Source: Candidatus Omnitrophota bacterium
GTDB lineage: Bacteria; Omnitrophota; Gorgyraeia; Gorgyraeales; Gorgyraeaceae
Direction of reading: 5' to 3'
Assembly (NCBI GenBank): GCA_041653835.1
Contig: JBAZEP010000007.1
Span: 1 to 55,119, forward strand
DNA length: 55,119 bases
In this document: piece by piece, positions 8,456-17,953 of the stretch
Layout: the number at the start of each line of letters is the position of its first letter
How positions within the stretch are numbered: position 1 is the first letter of the stretch
Notes under the pieces: model-generated
Databases searched by the model: none
What the model was told of the DNA's origin: nothing
The model's input: the letters and a program-made list of their open reading frames with translations, nothing else
Program-made: the position numbers and the translations under genes

Positions 8456-9409
8456 TTAAGATCGGTTGTAAGACGCTATGTTCTCTTTGAACCAGTTAAT
8501 GTCTTTCTCTAGACCACACGCCAGATCATATTTTGGCTTCCATTTTAATATCCTATAAGTTTTGGATATATCTGCTTGCCAGCGCTTAGGCTCAAGCCTT
8601 GGGTTATCCATTTTCTTCCATCCTGGCCTGACTTTAGCTCCTGTCAAACTGATCACTTCTCGCACAATATCTCCTACGCTATGCTGTTTTCCAGAAGCTA
8701 TATTGAATATCTCTCCACTCGCCTTGTCTTTACTATAGATCATCTTTTCATATGCGCTGATAACGTCTTCTATAAAAATAAAATCCCTGACATTTTTAGA
8801 AGAAGTCAACCCTGGATCTTTAGCCTTGAGACAGGATAAGATCAAGTAAGGAACTAAGCGGTTTTTTTCTTCATAATAGCCGTAAGGAGAGAATAACCTG
8901 GCAGTGACAATAGGCATATTTTCTTTTTTAGCCATAGCGCTACAATACATAGAAGCAGCTGCTTTAGAAACTCCGTATAAAGTAACTGGCTCTAATGGGT
9001 CTGACTCCTTCATGGGCGTTAATCTTATACCATATTCCGAAGAAGAGCTTGTATTTATAAGCAGCTCTAATCTGGTAGCCTTTAATGCATCGACCAGATT
9101 TATCGTAGCATTAAGATTTGTGCTGATTATTTTTGCATTATCATTTTGAAGGGTATTGCCTCCGTACGAAGCAGTATGGATAACAATTTCAGGCTTGGCA
9201 TGTTTTAGCGCTCTTTTTATCCCGCCAGGATCCATCAGATCGACAGCATGGTCTGAAAGATCTTTTAAGATATCCCTGATCCTCCATTTATCAGACCCTT
9301 TTCTTGCAAAGATATCCACCCTAGCGCATTTCTTTAAAAAATATCTCGCGAGATTCGAACCAATGAATCCCGTAGCGCCTGTGATCAGTATCCTTTTATT
9401 TTTTAACAT
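8456..9409 (-). CDS. Extended SDR NAD-dependent epimerase/reductase (possible YerF-like or CDP-dideoxyhexose reductase)
   Basis: GATGFIG, SSSSEYG, YGVSK catalytic YxxxK, RDFIFIED. Confidence 0.8.
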   Translation of the reverse strand: MLKNKRILITGATGFIGSNLARYFLKKCARVDIFARKGSDKWRIRDILKDLSDHAVDLMDPGGIKRALKHAKPEIVIHTASYGGNTLQNDNAKIISTNLNATINLVDALKATRLELLINTSSSSEYGIRLTPMKESDPLEPVTLYGVSKAAASMYCSAMAKKENMPIVTARLFSPYGYYEEKNRLVPYLILSCLKAKDPGLTSSKNVRDFIFIEDVISAYEKMIYSKDKASGEIFNIASGKQHSVGDIVREVISLTGAKVRPGWKKMDNPRLEPKRWQADISKTYRILKWKPKYDLACGLEKDINWFKENIASYNRS

Positions 9410-10361
9410 GCTTATACCATTCTATCGTACTTTTAAGGCCTTCATTCAAAGTATATTCCGGCATCCATCCCAAGACTTTCCTTGCCTTTTTAGAGCACAG
9501 ATACTGATGTTTTATCTCGTATTTAGCGCTATTCAATATCTCATAGTCAGGTTTTTGCCCAGCTAAATTATAAATATTCTTTGCCATCTCTATCACTGTA
9601 ATAGGATTTTCGTCACTGAAATTGAACGCTTCCCCGTATAGCCTTGATCTTTTCATTTTTTCCGCAAGCATGATATATCCATTGACTATATCCCCTACAT
9701 ATACATAATCACGAGTGAACTTACCGTCACTTCTTATTGTGAATTTTTTATTCTTTAATGCGCACCTGACAGCATCCGGGATGAGCCGTGAAAAATTCAG
9801 GTCCCCTGGCCCGTAGATATTACCGCATCGCGTCACGCAAACAGGGGTTTTATAAGTATTCCAATATGTATGACAAATGAGATCAGTGCAGCTCTTTGAG
9901 ACATCGTAAGGATGGGCTCCTTTTAAAGCAGCATCTTCCTTATAAGGCAATATCTTGTGACTGCCATAAGCTTTGTCGCTTGATGCCACCACAATCGCTT
10001 CTATGAACGACCTGGTTCTGGAAGATTCCAAGATATTCCACGTCCCTTCAATGTTTGACCTAAAAGCTTCGACAGGGTATTTATTAGCTCTCCCCACTAT
10101 TGCTTCAGCAGCTATATGGAAGATTACCTCTGGCTTATATTTGTTTATCACTCTTTTAACCAGCTCCATGTCGCTGATATCCCCTTTTATACAGACAATG
10201 TCTCGCCTAAGGCCTGATAATATAGAACCAGGCTTATCCTTTACCTTATCCAGCCCTACTATGTCCGCACCCAAAGCTAATAATGTCTTTGTCAGGTTAG
10301 ACCCTAAAAAACCTTCATGGCCAGTTATCAATACTTTTTTATCTTGCCAATATTTACTCAT
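9396..10361 (-). CDS. rfbG: CDP-glucose 4,6-dehydratase-like SDR
   Basis: MSKYWQDKKVLITGHEGFLGS, ASSDKAYG, HPYDVSKSC, RCGNIYGPGD. ATG at 10361 overlaps rfbF stop (ATGA). Confidence 0.8.
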   Translation of the reverse strand: MSKYWQDKKVLITGHEGFLGSNLTKTLLALGADIVGLDKVKDKPGSILSGLRRDIVCIKGDISDMELVKRVINKYKPEVIFHIAAEAIVGRANKYPVEAFRSNIEGTWNILESSRTRSFIEAIVVASSDKAYGSHKILPYKEDAALKGAHPYDVSKSCTDLICHTYWNTYKTPVCVTRCGNIYGPGDLNFSRLIPDAVRCALKNKKFTIRSDGKFTRDYVYVGDIVNGYIMLAEKMKRSRLYGEAFNFSDENPITVIEMAKNIYNLAGQKPDYEILNSAKYEIKHQYLCSKKARKVLGWMPEYTLNEGLKSTIEWYKHVKK

Positions 10362-11152
10362 TCCCAGACCTTCCAATCAGCTTTATTAGTATCCCATATA
10401 TGGTTCAATATGCCATATTCTCGCGGAGTATCTACACACTGCCAAAAACCATCATGCTTGTAAAACCCGAGCTGTTTATCCTTGACCATCTTCGGCAATA
10501 TCTCTGTTTCTAGTACAAGATCGTCCCCTGGCCTAAAATATTCTTTTATTACGCCTTTATTGAAAAGCATGAACCCGCCATTTATTAAACCTGCGCCTAC
10601 GTTAGGCTTTTCATTGAACTCGATGATCTTATGCCCTGATATTTCCATTTCCCCGAACCTGCCTGAAGGATGAACTCCTGTTATGGTCCCGGCAAAGCCT
10701 GTCTCTTTATGTGTTTTCAAGAGCGCTTTGATATCTATATTAGCGACCCCATCCCCATATGTAACGCTGAACATGTCGCAATCTTCCAGATATTTTTTCG
10801 CATTCCATATCCTGGCCCCTGTCTGGGCATTATCTCCGGTCTCTACCATTGTAATGTTCCAGTCGGACTCATCATTAAGCTTATGATATCTTATTGAGCC
10901 AGCATCCCCAAGCTTTACGCTTATATCCGATATCTTAGCATAATAATTAAGGAAGAATTCCTTAATGACCCAACCTTTGTAACCCAGGCACAGCACAAAA
11001 TCCTTTATACCATAATAAGCGTATATCTTCATTATATGCCAGATGATCGGCATATTGCCTATAGTCAGCATCGGTTTAGGCAACACCTCAGAAACATCCC
11101 TGATCCTAGACCCCTGCCCGCCGCATAATATAACTGCTTTTATTTTGGACAT
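10358..11152 (-). CDS. rfbF: Glucose-1-phosphate cytidylyltransferase
   Basis: AVILCGGQGSRI...PKPM, TGARI, TYGDGVANID, INGGFM, GFWQCVDTPRE; ATG at 11152 preceded by GGAGG. Confidence 0.92.
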   Translation of the reverse strand: MSKIKAVILCGGQGSRIRDVSEVLPKPMLTIGNMPIIWHIMKIYAYYGIKDFVLCLGYKGWVIKEFFLNYYAKISDISVKLGDAGSIRYHKLNDESDWNITMVETGDNAQTGARIWNAKKYLEDCDMFSVTYGDGVANIDIKALLKTHKETGFAGTITGVHPSGRFGEMEISGHKIIEFNEKPNVGAGLINGGFMLFNKGVIKEYFRPGDDLVLETEILPKMVKDKQLGFYKHDGFWQCVDTPREYGILNHIWDTNKADWKVWE

Positions 11153-11197
11153 TTTCCCTCCTGTCGTTACTAGCTGACACAATACTATAATCTTAAT

Positions 11198-11226
11198 ATT
11201 TTAGCACGTTTATCCCTAACTACCAA
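11198..11226 (-). promoter_or_regulatory. Internal sigma70-like promoter candidate upstream of rfbF
   Basis: Minus strand TTGGTA (11226-11221), 17-nt spacer ending TGc, TAAAAT (11203-11198): an extended -10 in one of the few intergenic gaps. Confidence 0.45.
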
Positions 11227-11245
11227 TTGAGAACATATTATCTAT

Positions 11246-12364
11246 CTAATAAATAATATTGATATTATTTTCATACAACTTCTCTAATTGATCGATGTAA
11301 AATTCTGGAGTAAAGGATCTTATCATATTAGTCTTAGTCGAAGGCGCAGCGCAATTGTTTTTACTGGCAATAGCCTCGATAATAGTTATTGATAATGCCT
11401 TAGCATTATTAGGAGCTACTAAAGTGATGGATGGAAATTCCTTTGCTATTTCTCGGATACCACCTATATCAGAAGCTATGCAAGGAACGTTCATATATAC
11501 AGCTTCTATCAACGCTATACCAAAACCTTCATTGAGCGATGGCATCACAAACAGGTCAAGAGATTTCAAAAAATCCGCGATATTTATCACCTTACCCATA
11601 AAAACCACTTGCTCCCCCACACCCAGCTCTTTGCTTAGTTCTTTAAGCTGCTTATCCAGAGGGCCATAACCCGCTATTAATAGTTTTGCATTTTTATGGA
11701 TGTTGAGGACTTCCTCAAAAGCCTTCAATAGAACACTATGGCCTTTCTCTTTTCGCAAATTGCCTACTACTCCGACAACAAAATCATCTGCGCTAAGACC
11801 TAAGCTTTTTCTTGCCTCTATCCTTGTAACATTTGACCTTAATGCATTTGGATCTATGCAATTATAGATCACTTCTATTTTATCAAATCCAATCCCTTCC
11901 TGCGTTACTATGAATTCTTTAACGCTATTAGAGGGAACTATTATCTTACAAGTATATTTTGCTAGCCATATGTCTATTGCAATATGATACCACCTTTTCC
12001 AGGTATACATGCCATGTTCTTCCGTAATAACTGGTATTTTTGTAAGCATCCCTGCTAGACGAGCATGAAAATTAGCATTGAATAAAGCGCTATGGATCAA
12101 ATCTGGCTTTAAGCTTTTTACTAATCTATACAGCCTATACGTTGCTATTAAATTATAAAATTTATCACTTAGATTGAAAACAATTACATCTCCGCCTCTT
12201 TTTATTATCTTATCTCCTATCGTGCCTCTTTTTTTGATGCAACAGTATGTTACTGAATAATCGTTCTTATTAATATGCTTCTCTACAATAAATTTGAGCT
12301 GCTCGGCCCCTCCTAGTGTCAGATCTTGCAGAACAAAAAGTATTTTTTTCTTAGGCTTTACCAT
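11246..12364 (-). CDS. GT4 glycosyltransferase
   Basis: LGGAEQL, VGNLRKEKGH, DLFVMPSLNEGFGIALIEA, SDIGGIRE. Confidence 0.92.
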   Translation of the reverse strand: MVKPKKKILFVLQDLTLGGAEQLKFIVEKHINKNDYSVTYCCIKKRGTIGDKIIKRGGDVIVFNLSDKFYNLIATYRLYRLVKSLKPDLIHSALFNANFHARLAGMLTKIPVITEEHGMYTWKRWYHIAIDIWLAKYTCKIIVPSNSVKEFIVTQEGIGFDKIEVIYNCIDPNALRSNVTRIEARKSLGLSADDFVVGVVGNLRKEKGHSVLLKAFEEVLNIHKNAKLLIAGYGPLDKQLKELSKELGVGEQVVFMGKVINIADFLKSLDLFVMPSLNEGFGIALIEAVYMNVPCIASDIGGIREIAKEFPSITLVAPNNAKALSITIIEAIASKNNCAAPSTKTNMIRSFTPEFYIDQLEKLYENNINIIY

Positions 12365-12375
12365 GTGTTTGTATT

Positions 12376-13284
12376 TTATACAGCCTTAGCAGCGATTAAG
12401 ACCATATTTCCGCTTAGATAGTTAATAAAAGTCAAAGGATATCGAAAAAACATATTATTTCTGTTCTCTATGATTAAAAAATCTTTTGCTAGATCCTTAA
12501 TTATATGCTTATCTTTTTCTTTGTTTGCGCTGTTACTACCTGAACTTGACTTGGAAGTTTTAAACATATGAATATATTTATGCAGCGGCTTTCCTACCTC
12601 GCCCCAAATAAAATTCATTGGAAAAGTTTTCTCTATCGTAAATCCATTTTTTTCAAAATAAGGCTTTAGAGAAGCTACATCAAAAAAATATTCGCAAAAT
12701 CTATATTTATCTGGAGATACTTCATCGAGTTTACAGTCATTGTAATTCTTTTGTAAAATACCCTTTTTTTCGCTGATAGACCTCATATTAAAATATACCT
12801 TTCTTAAGAAATTCACATATGGGACCGTTGCAAGAAAAAGCCCTCCGGTCTTAAGCACACGCCTGGCCTCTTTTATCACAATATCCGGTCCTTGCTCAAA
12901 ATGCTCTATTACTCCTCCAGAAAAATAGCAGTCAAAAAACTGATCCTCAAACGATAACTTAGTCACATCGCCTTCATAGACAGGCAGGCTGCCATCAATA
13001 TCTTTTATCCGCTTTATCGTCTCCGCTGAAAAATCTACACCTATTATATCATAACCCATCTTACGATAAGCAAATACATACTTTCCAGTACCACATCCTC
13101 CTTCAAGAATCCTTTTGGGCGGCTTTGGAAAATATTTTTTAAAAAATATGGAAAGATAATCCTTATCCGCTTTTTTAAAGAGTTCGGTAAGATCTTCTGC
13201 ATTATCCCATCTTTCGGTCCACGATTCAACATCCTGACCACAGTACCCTGACTCCCCTTCTCTTCTAAATGATTTAATGATCAT
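12376..13284 (-). CDS. Class I SAM-dependent methyltransferase
   Basis: ILEGGCGTG, GVDFS, GDVTKLSFEDQFFD, GVIEHF. Confidence 0.88.
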   Translation of the reverse strand: MIIKSFRREGESGYCGQDVESWTERWDNAEDLTELFKKADKDYLSIFFKKYFPKPPKRILEGGCGTGKYVFAYRKMGYDIIGVDFSAETIKRIKDIDGSLPVYEGDVTKLSFEDQFFDCYFSGGVIEHFEQGPDIVIKEARRVLKTGGLFLATVPYVNFLRKVYFNMRSISEKKGILQKNYNDCKLDEVSPDKYRFCEYFFDVASLKPYFEKNGFTIEKTFPMNFIWGEVGKPLHKYIHMFKTSKSSSGSNSANKEKDKHIIKDLAKDFLIIENRNNMFFRYPLTFINYLSGNMVLIAAKAV

Positions 13285-13307
13285 TATCCGCTCCCACTAT
13301 TCTTTCT

Positions 13308-13336
13308 AGTTAACTTCGCATGCTCAAAACAGTCAA
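13308..13336 (-). promoter_or_regulatory. Weak internal promoter candidate directly after first flippase
   Basis: Minus strand TTGACT (13336-13331), 17-nt spacer, TTAACT (13313-13308); GGGAG SD-like motif before ATG at 13284. Confidence 0.3.
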
Positions 13337-13338
13337 AC

Positions 13339-14661
13339 TTATTTAAAAAAATAAAACATATCATTAAATGAATTTTTTATGACATTGAAATCTGATGCCT
13401 TTAATATAAATATTTCCTTTAATTTGAACCGAGTTTGTATGATAAAAAGTGTCAAAAATATTAAAAAACAAACTAAATACGATACGCTGGAAGCAATAGC
13501 GCCTCCGGAAGAATGCATAGTCGGGATAAGCATATAACACAAAACTATTTTGACCGCCAGGACAACAAATAAAACCGCTGTTATGATGCCAGGCCTGCCG
13601 ATAGCTTGAAAATATGATGAAAATAGATAATATGTAGAGATCGATATCATGCCGGGCAGTAAAAGATATGTTAGTTTTATAGAATCCGCATACATGACTC
13701 CATAAGCCAATGGTAAAATATACCTGATAGAAGCAAAAAATAACACAGATGCTCCAAGAGTCAGCATCATAGACATCCTTAATATGAATAAAAATCTTTT
13801 GCCTGCATCTTGATCTGACATATAAGCAAGTTTAGGAAACAGGACTGTACCTGTAGATTCTGGTATAAACAATAATAACTCTGCGAATGATAATGCTACT
13901 GAATAAAAACCAACCTCGCTCATATTTGAATAGTAGCTTAAAAAAAATGAATCTACTCTGTATAATATTAGCGTCAATATGGGCACTAAAAAAACTTTTT
14001 TCCCATAGCTGAATAACGTAGCTATGCTTATCTTATTTATGGCTTTGACATTATGATCATCTTGGATCTCTTTGGACCTAAAAATCATGACCAGATACAT
14101 AACGGATATTAATAGATAAGATAAAAGAAAAGCTAGCAGCGCTCCAAAAAGCCCCATTTTTAGAATAACGACTAGTACGATAAAATTTACTACCATCAGC
14201 AAGAATATGGCTATATTTAAAAAATTAAAAGAAATAAATTTATTGAATCCCATTAAAATAGCACTGTTTAATCTTGATATATTTATAAAAGGTATCGCAA
14301 ATGCGATTATAAACAGATATCTGAATTTTAATTCTAGCAATTCATAAGATAAAAAATGCGCCCTATGCAGTCCTATAAGGATACAAGACATAAATAAGCT
14401 CATGATCATTATAACCATATTCGAGATCATTGCTATCTGCCTTCTGGAATATATCTTTTTACCCAAATAGTATATTACAGCGCTATCAATGCCTAACAAC
14501 GATACTGTAGCAAGTATTAATACTATTTGTATGAGTAAGTAATACGTGCCTTTTACGGAAGGCCCTAGGATCCTGGCTATATAAATAGAGATGAACAAGC
14601 TGGAAGCCAGGCATATTATTTTTGAGAACAACGTTAATACATTAGTTTTAAAGAAATTCAT
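13339..14661 (-). CDS. wzx: Wzx/MOP-family polysaccharide flippase
   Basis: About 12 hydrophobic segments; ARILGPSVKGTY, RVDSFFLSYY...EVGFYSVA...LFPKL. Confidence 0.88.
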   Translation of the reverse strand: MNFFKTNVLTLFSKIICLASSLFISIYIARILGPSVKGTYYLLIQIVLILATVSLLGIDSAVIYYLGKKIYSRRQIAMISNMVIMIMSLFMSCILIGLHRAHFLSYELLELKFRYLFIIAFAIPFINISRLNSAILMGFNKFISFNFLNIAIFLLMVVNFIVLVVILKMGLFGALLAFLLSYLLISVMYLVMIFRSKEIQDDHNVKAINKISIATLFSYGKKVFLVPILTLILYRVDSFFLSYYSNMSEVGFYSVALSFAELLLFIPESTGTVLFPKLAYMSDQDAGKRFLFILRMSMMLTLGASVLFFASIRYILPLAYGVMYADSIKLTYLLLPGMISISTYYLFSSYFQAIGRPGIITAVLFVVLAVKIVLCYMLIPTMHSSGGAIASSVSYLVCFLIFLTLFIIQTRFKLKEIFILKASDFNVIKNSFNDMFYFFK

Positions 14662-14662
14662 A

Positions 14663-15571
14663 TTACTTTATTATAGTCCTTATATGTGAAAGTTTGCAAA
14701 ACTCCGCGCCTATTTTTTTACAGTACTTCAACACATCTTCTATTTTACTGATAAGACTATTACAACCCTCCATACTACTGGCATACGGGCTGGCTCCTGG
14801 ATAGAATTCCATACTGTGAAACATCATATTCAGAACTATCGCGTTATCATGACTGCGTATTTTAATGACTTTGTCCATAAGCTGTTTCATATCTTTAACA
14901 CTGCTGAAGGACGGCCTCAGCCAAGTAGCTCGATTAAAAACTGCTTCTAAGATATTCATAGACATTATCGTGACAGGAACTTCCAGCAGATTACCAGAAT
15001 CCTTGATATTCTTTATGAAATATGGTTGTTCTCGTAAATTTCTAAAATCAGGGCCGCCTATCTTCTCCCATGAGATCCCTGGGGTCACGCTCGTATCAAT
15101 TAAATATCCCAATTTAGACAAAGAACTAGCTGTCGCTAAACTAAAACCGAATTTACCTCCTCTATAGACTAAAGGCGCATATCCTATTCTTTCCTGAAAT
15201 AACTTAGTAAGATTACTGATCTTTTCCATCTCAATCACAGGATCATAGTTATTTGAGAATTCACTCGAAGTCGTTCCTGAGTATTTATAATATTTTTTTT
15301 GGGGCTCTACATATTCCGGATGCAGATGAGTCCCAAGTTCGCATCTATCAATACTCTTAAGGATATTAATAGATACATCGTCTTCCAGAACTTCTGCTGT
15401 TAATAGATATGTGCCTATGGCCCCATATCTTTCGAACAGTGGTTGTATTGTACGCGGTATAGACTCTGTGAGCGACTTAAATGTAAGCGGATCTGATTTC
15501 TTCCAATTAAAAGAATGGTCTGCTTCCGTATCAATCGTGATCACAAAATAAATTTTTGCGCTGTTCTTCAT
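14663..15571 (-). CDS. Polysaccharide deacetylase-like protein (NodB/WalW-like)
   Basis: ITIDTEAD, ELGTHLHP, YRGGKFG, DTSVTP, LLEVPVT, MMFHSME. ATG at 15571 overlaps upstream stop (ATGA). Confidence 0.8.
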   Translation of the reverse strand: MKNSAKIYFVITIDTEADHSFNWKKSDPLTFKSLTESIPRTIQPLFERYGAIGTYLLTAEVLEDDVSINILKSIDRCELGTHLHPEYVEPQKKYYKYSGTTSSEFSNNYDPVIEMEKISNLTKLFQERIGYAPLVYRGGKFGFSLATASSLSKLGYLIDTSVTPGISWEKIGGPDFRNLREQPYFIKNIKDSGNLLEVPVTIMSMNILEAVFNRATWLRPSFSSVKDMKQLMDKVIKIRSHDNAIVLNMMFHSMEFYPGASPYASSMEGCNSLISKIEDVLKYCKKIGAEFCKLSHIRTIIK

Positions 15572-16470
15572 TTTTTTAATACCACACAATAGTTGTATCC
15601 AAAATATTTTATAAATGGCTTAGTCCCTAGAAACTGCGTGATCTTTTTGGATAAAAATAACATATTACATGCTAATCTGTAAGAAATAGTAAGTATTAAC
15701 GGATACGGTACAAATACAGTTGTAAAGGAACTATTTAGTTTAAGGCCTGCCCTTTTAAATTCCGCATTCCAACGATGCGGCATATGGCTTATCATTTCTA
15801 TAAAGCTATTTTTATAGGCCCCATGAGGCCCTGGAAATGGGAAATACTTATAATCTTCTTTAAATTTTTTTATATCAAAAGAATGGTTTTTCGCATTATT
15901 ATCGCGGCTAATTTTTTTCCCGTATATTTTTTTAAAGACCATTTTTATAGCTTTAACCATAAAATATACATAGTACTGAAAAAAAGAATACACTCGTTCT
16001 GTAAAATTCGGCAGTACAAGTACAATCTCTCCATCTTTTTTTACGACTCTTTTGAGTTCATTTAATACAAACTGCCTATCTTTAATATATTGTAAAGTAT
16101 AAGAAGAAAAAACCAGATCAAAAACATCATCTTTAAAAGGCAGGCTCTCTCCCGAACACGCGCATAGACTTATATTCTTACCGCCTATTTTGGATATCAA
16201 CTGCCTGGCATTATCCATCCCGACCGTATGAGACTTTGGGTCCTTACAGTAAAGATCTGTGGCTATAACCGTACTTGAAACAGAGGATACTAGATATGAA
16301 AAAAAGCCATTGCCACACCCGACTTCCAGAGTTTTTCCTATATCATGGCTCTTTATAGATAAGAAAAGATTTTTAAACTCATCACCCCTAATCAAATAAT
16401 ATCCAGGCCATGTTTCCTGTCCACAAGCTTCTTTAATAGCTGTATTTACGCGATCATAAAAATCTATCAT
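15568..16470 (-). CDS. Class I SAM-dependent methyltransferase (type 11)
   Basis: LEVGCGNG, GESLPFKDDVFDLVFSSYTLQY. Confidence 0.88.
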   Translation of the reverse strand: MIDFYDRVNTAIKEACGQETWPGYYLIRGDEFKNLFLSIKSHDIGKTLEVGCGNGFFSYLVSSVSSTVIATDLYCKDPKSHTVGMDNARQLISKIGGKNISLCACSGESLPFKDDVFDLVFSSYTLQYIKDRQFVLNELKRVVKKDGEIVLVLPNFTERVYSFFQYYVYFMVKAIKMVFKKIYGKKISRDNNAKNHSFDIKKFKEDYKYFPFPGPHGAYKNSFIEMISHMPHRWNAEFKRAGLKLNSSFTTVFVPYPLILTISYRLACNMLFLSKKITQFLGTKPFIKYFGYNYCVVLKK

Positions 16471-16474
16471 AATT

Positions 16475-17944
16475 TTAGATCTTAGAACCTGGATTATAAT
16501 ATCTGTTAAATTTAAATAAAATAGCTATTTCAAATGGAAACAAAAAAAACATATTCTTCAGCCTGAATTTCGCTAAATAATAAAAAACTTTCTTCCCTAT
16601 AGACCTTATTAGAGACGAGCTTTTAGAGTGCGTCAGTAATTTGCCGTATTTATCTATTCTGTAAAATAATATCCTTGTCTTTTCATCCGCCCATGGAAGC
16701 CAGGATAACGGCATAGAACTACCAAATGAGTCATAAATATCGTATCCTTCGGTACAAAGAGGGGGTTTGAACCCTTCTCTTATTGCAAGCTCATAAGCAT
16801 CTGTGCCGGGATAAGGCAGGAATGTCTGATAAGTTACTACTATGCCAGGGATCATCTTGGATAATTTTAATCCCAGACTGATACTGTCTTTTATTTCTTT
16901 GAGCGTTTCAGTCGGATACCCTATTATCATGGCGCTGGTCACAGCTATATTCTTATATTTTGAAAGTATGGAGAATTTCTCAAGTATCATTTTTCTTGTG
17001 GTGTTTTTATTCATAAGGGAAAGTATCCTGTCGTTGCCGGATTCTATTCCTATGAATACCCTTTTAACGCCCAGATCATTAAGCCTCTTGACAGATTCTT
17101 CTGTGATCTCATCTACTCTTAAAAGGAACTCTGAACAACTTATCCCAATGGCTTTTAATCTGGAAAGTACTTCAAAAGACCTGATCTTATTCACAAAAAA
17201 GTGATCGTCCATGAAAGAAATGGTATTTATCCCGCAATCTTTCTTGAGTTCTCCGATATCTTTCACAACTCTTTCTATAGAATGAACGCGCCATTTTCTC
17301 TTATTAAATATCCTGTTATAGCAGAACGAGCAATCGTGAGGACACCCCCTGGATGTTAAATATATAAAACCTTTTTCTCCAGTGCCAGGTATGTCTAATA
17401 GACATCTTTGCATATTTACAAGAGACCAATCAATAGAGATATCATCTAAGTCCTTGATTATTTCCCGTTCAGGACTAAAAATAAGTTCTTTATCTTTTTT
17501 ATAACCAATACCTTTTACTGAAACTAGGTCCTTGCCACGAGAAAGAGCATCTGCAAGGTCTAACGCTGTCCTCTCGCCCTCTCCTATTACGATCATATCC
17601 ACATAATCCTCGCTTAAAGTCTCTCGCGGTAAAAGCGAAGGATGGATACCTCCCCATACGACACATACCTTGCTATTTAACTTCTTTATTTCCTTTGATA
17701 ATGTAGCTGAATATTTCGTTTGCGGACCAGAGAGAACTGAAAAACCAACAAATAAATAATCATTCTCAGCTATAGTTTTTGCTTTTTTTTGTATATCAGA
17801 CATATTTAGAAATAATGTCGAAGGGATTATTTCCAGGCCTACTTCATAACCATTGTTCTTTAAATAAGAACCCACATAAAGCAACCCCAGAGGATTATAA
17901 ACGCTTTCATTTTCTATTTTTAACAATAATACCTTATTCTTCAT
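16475..17944 (-). CDS. B12-binding-domain radical SAM protein
   Basis: PLGLLYVGSYL, VWGGIHPS, TSRGCPHDCSFC (CxxxCxxC), IGIESG. Confidence 0.9.
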   Translation of the reverse strand: MKNKVLLLKIENESVYNPLGLLYVGSYLKNNGYEVGLEIIPSTLFLNMSDIQKKAKTIAENDYLFVGFSVLSGPQTKYSATLSKEIKKLNSKVCVVWGGIHPSLLPRETLSEDYVDMIVIGEGERTALDLADALSRGKDLVSVKGIGYKKDKELIFSPEREIIKDLDDISIDWSLVNMQRCLLDIPGTGEKGFIYLTSRGCPHDCSFCYNRIFNKRKWRVHSIERVVKDIGELKKDCGINTISFMDDHFFVNKIRSFEVLSRLKAIGISCSEFLLRVDEITEESVKRLNDLGVKRVFIGIESGNDRILSLMNKNTTRKMILEKFSILSKYKNIAVTSAMIIGYPTETLKEIKDSISLGLKLSKMIPGIVVTYQTFLPYPGTDAYELAIREGFKPPLCTEGYDIYDSFGSSMPLSWLPWADEKTRILFYRIDKYGKLLTHSKSSSLIRSIGKKVFYYLAKFRLKNMFFLFPFEIAILFKFNRYYNPGSKI

Positions 17945-17953
17945 GATCCACTC

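Noticed and set aside
13044-13241. 65-aa minus-strand ORF
   Set aside because: It lies out of frame inside the methyltransferase 12376-13284 and has no motif.
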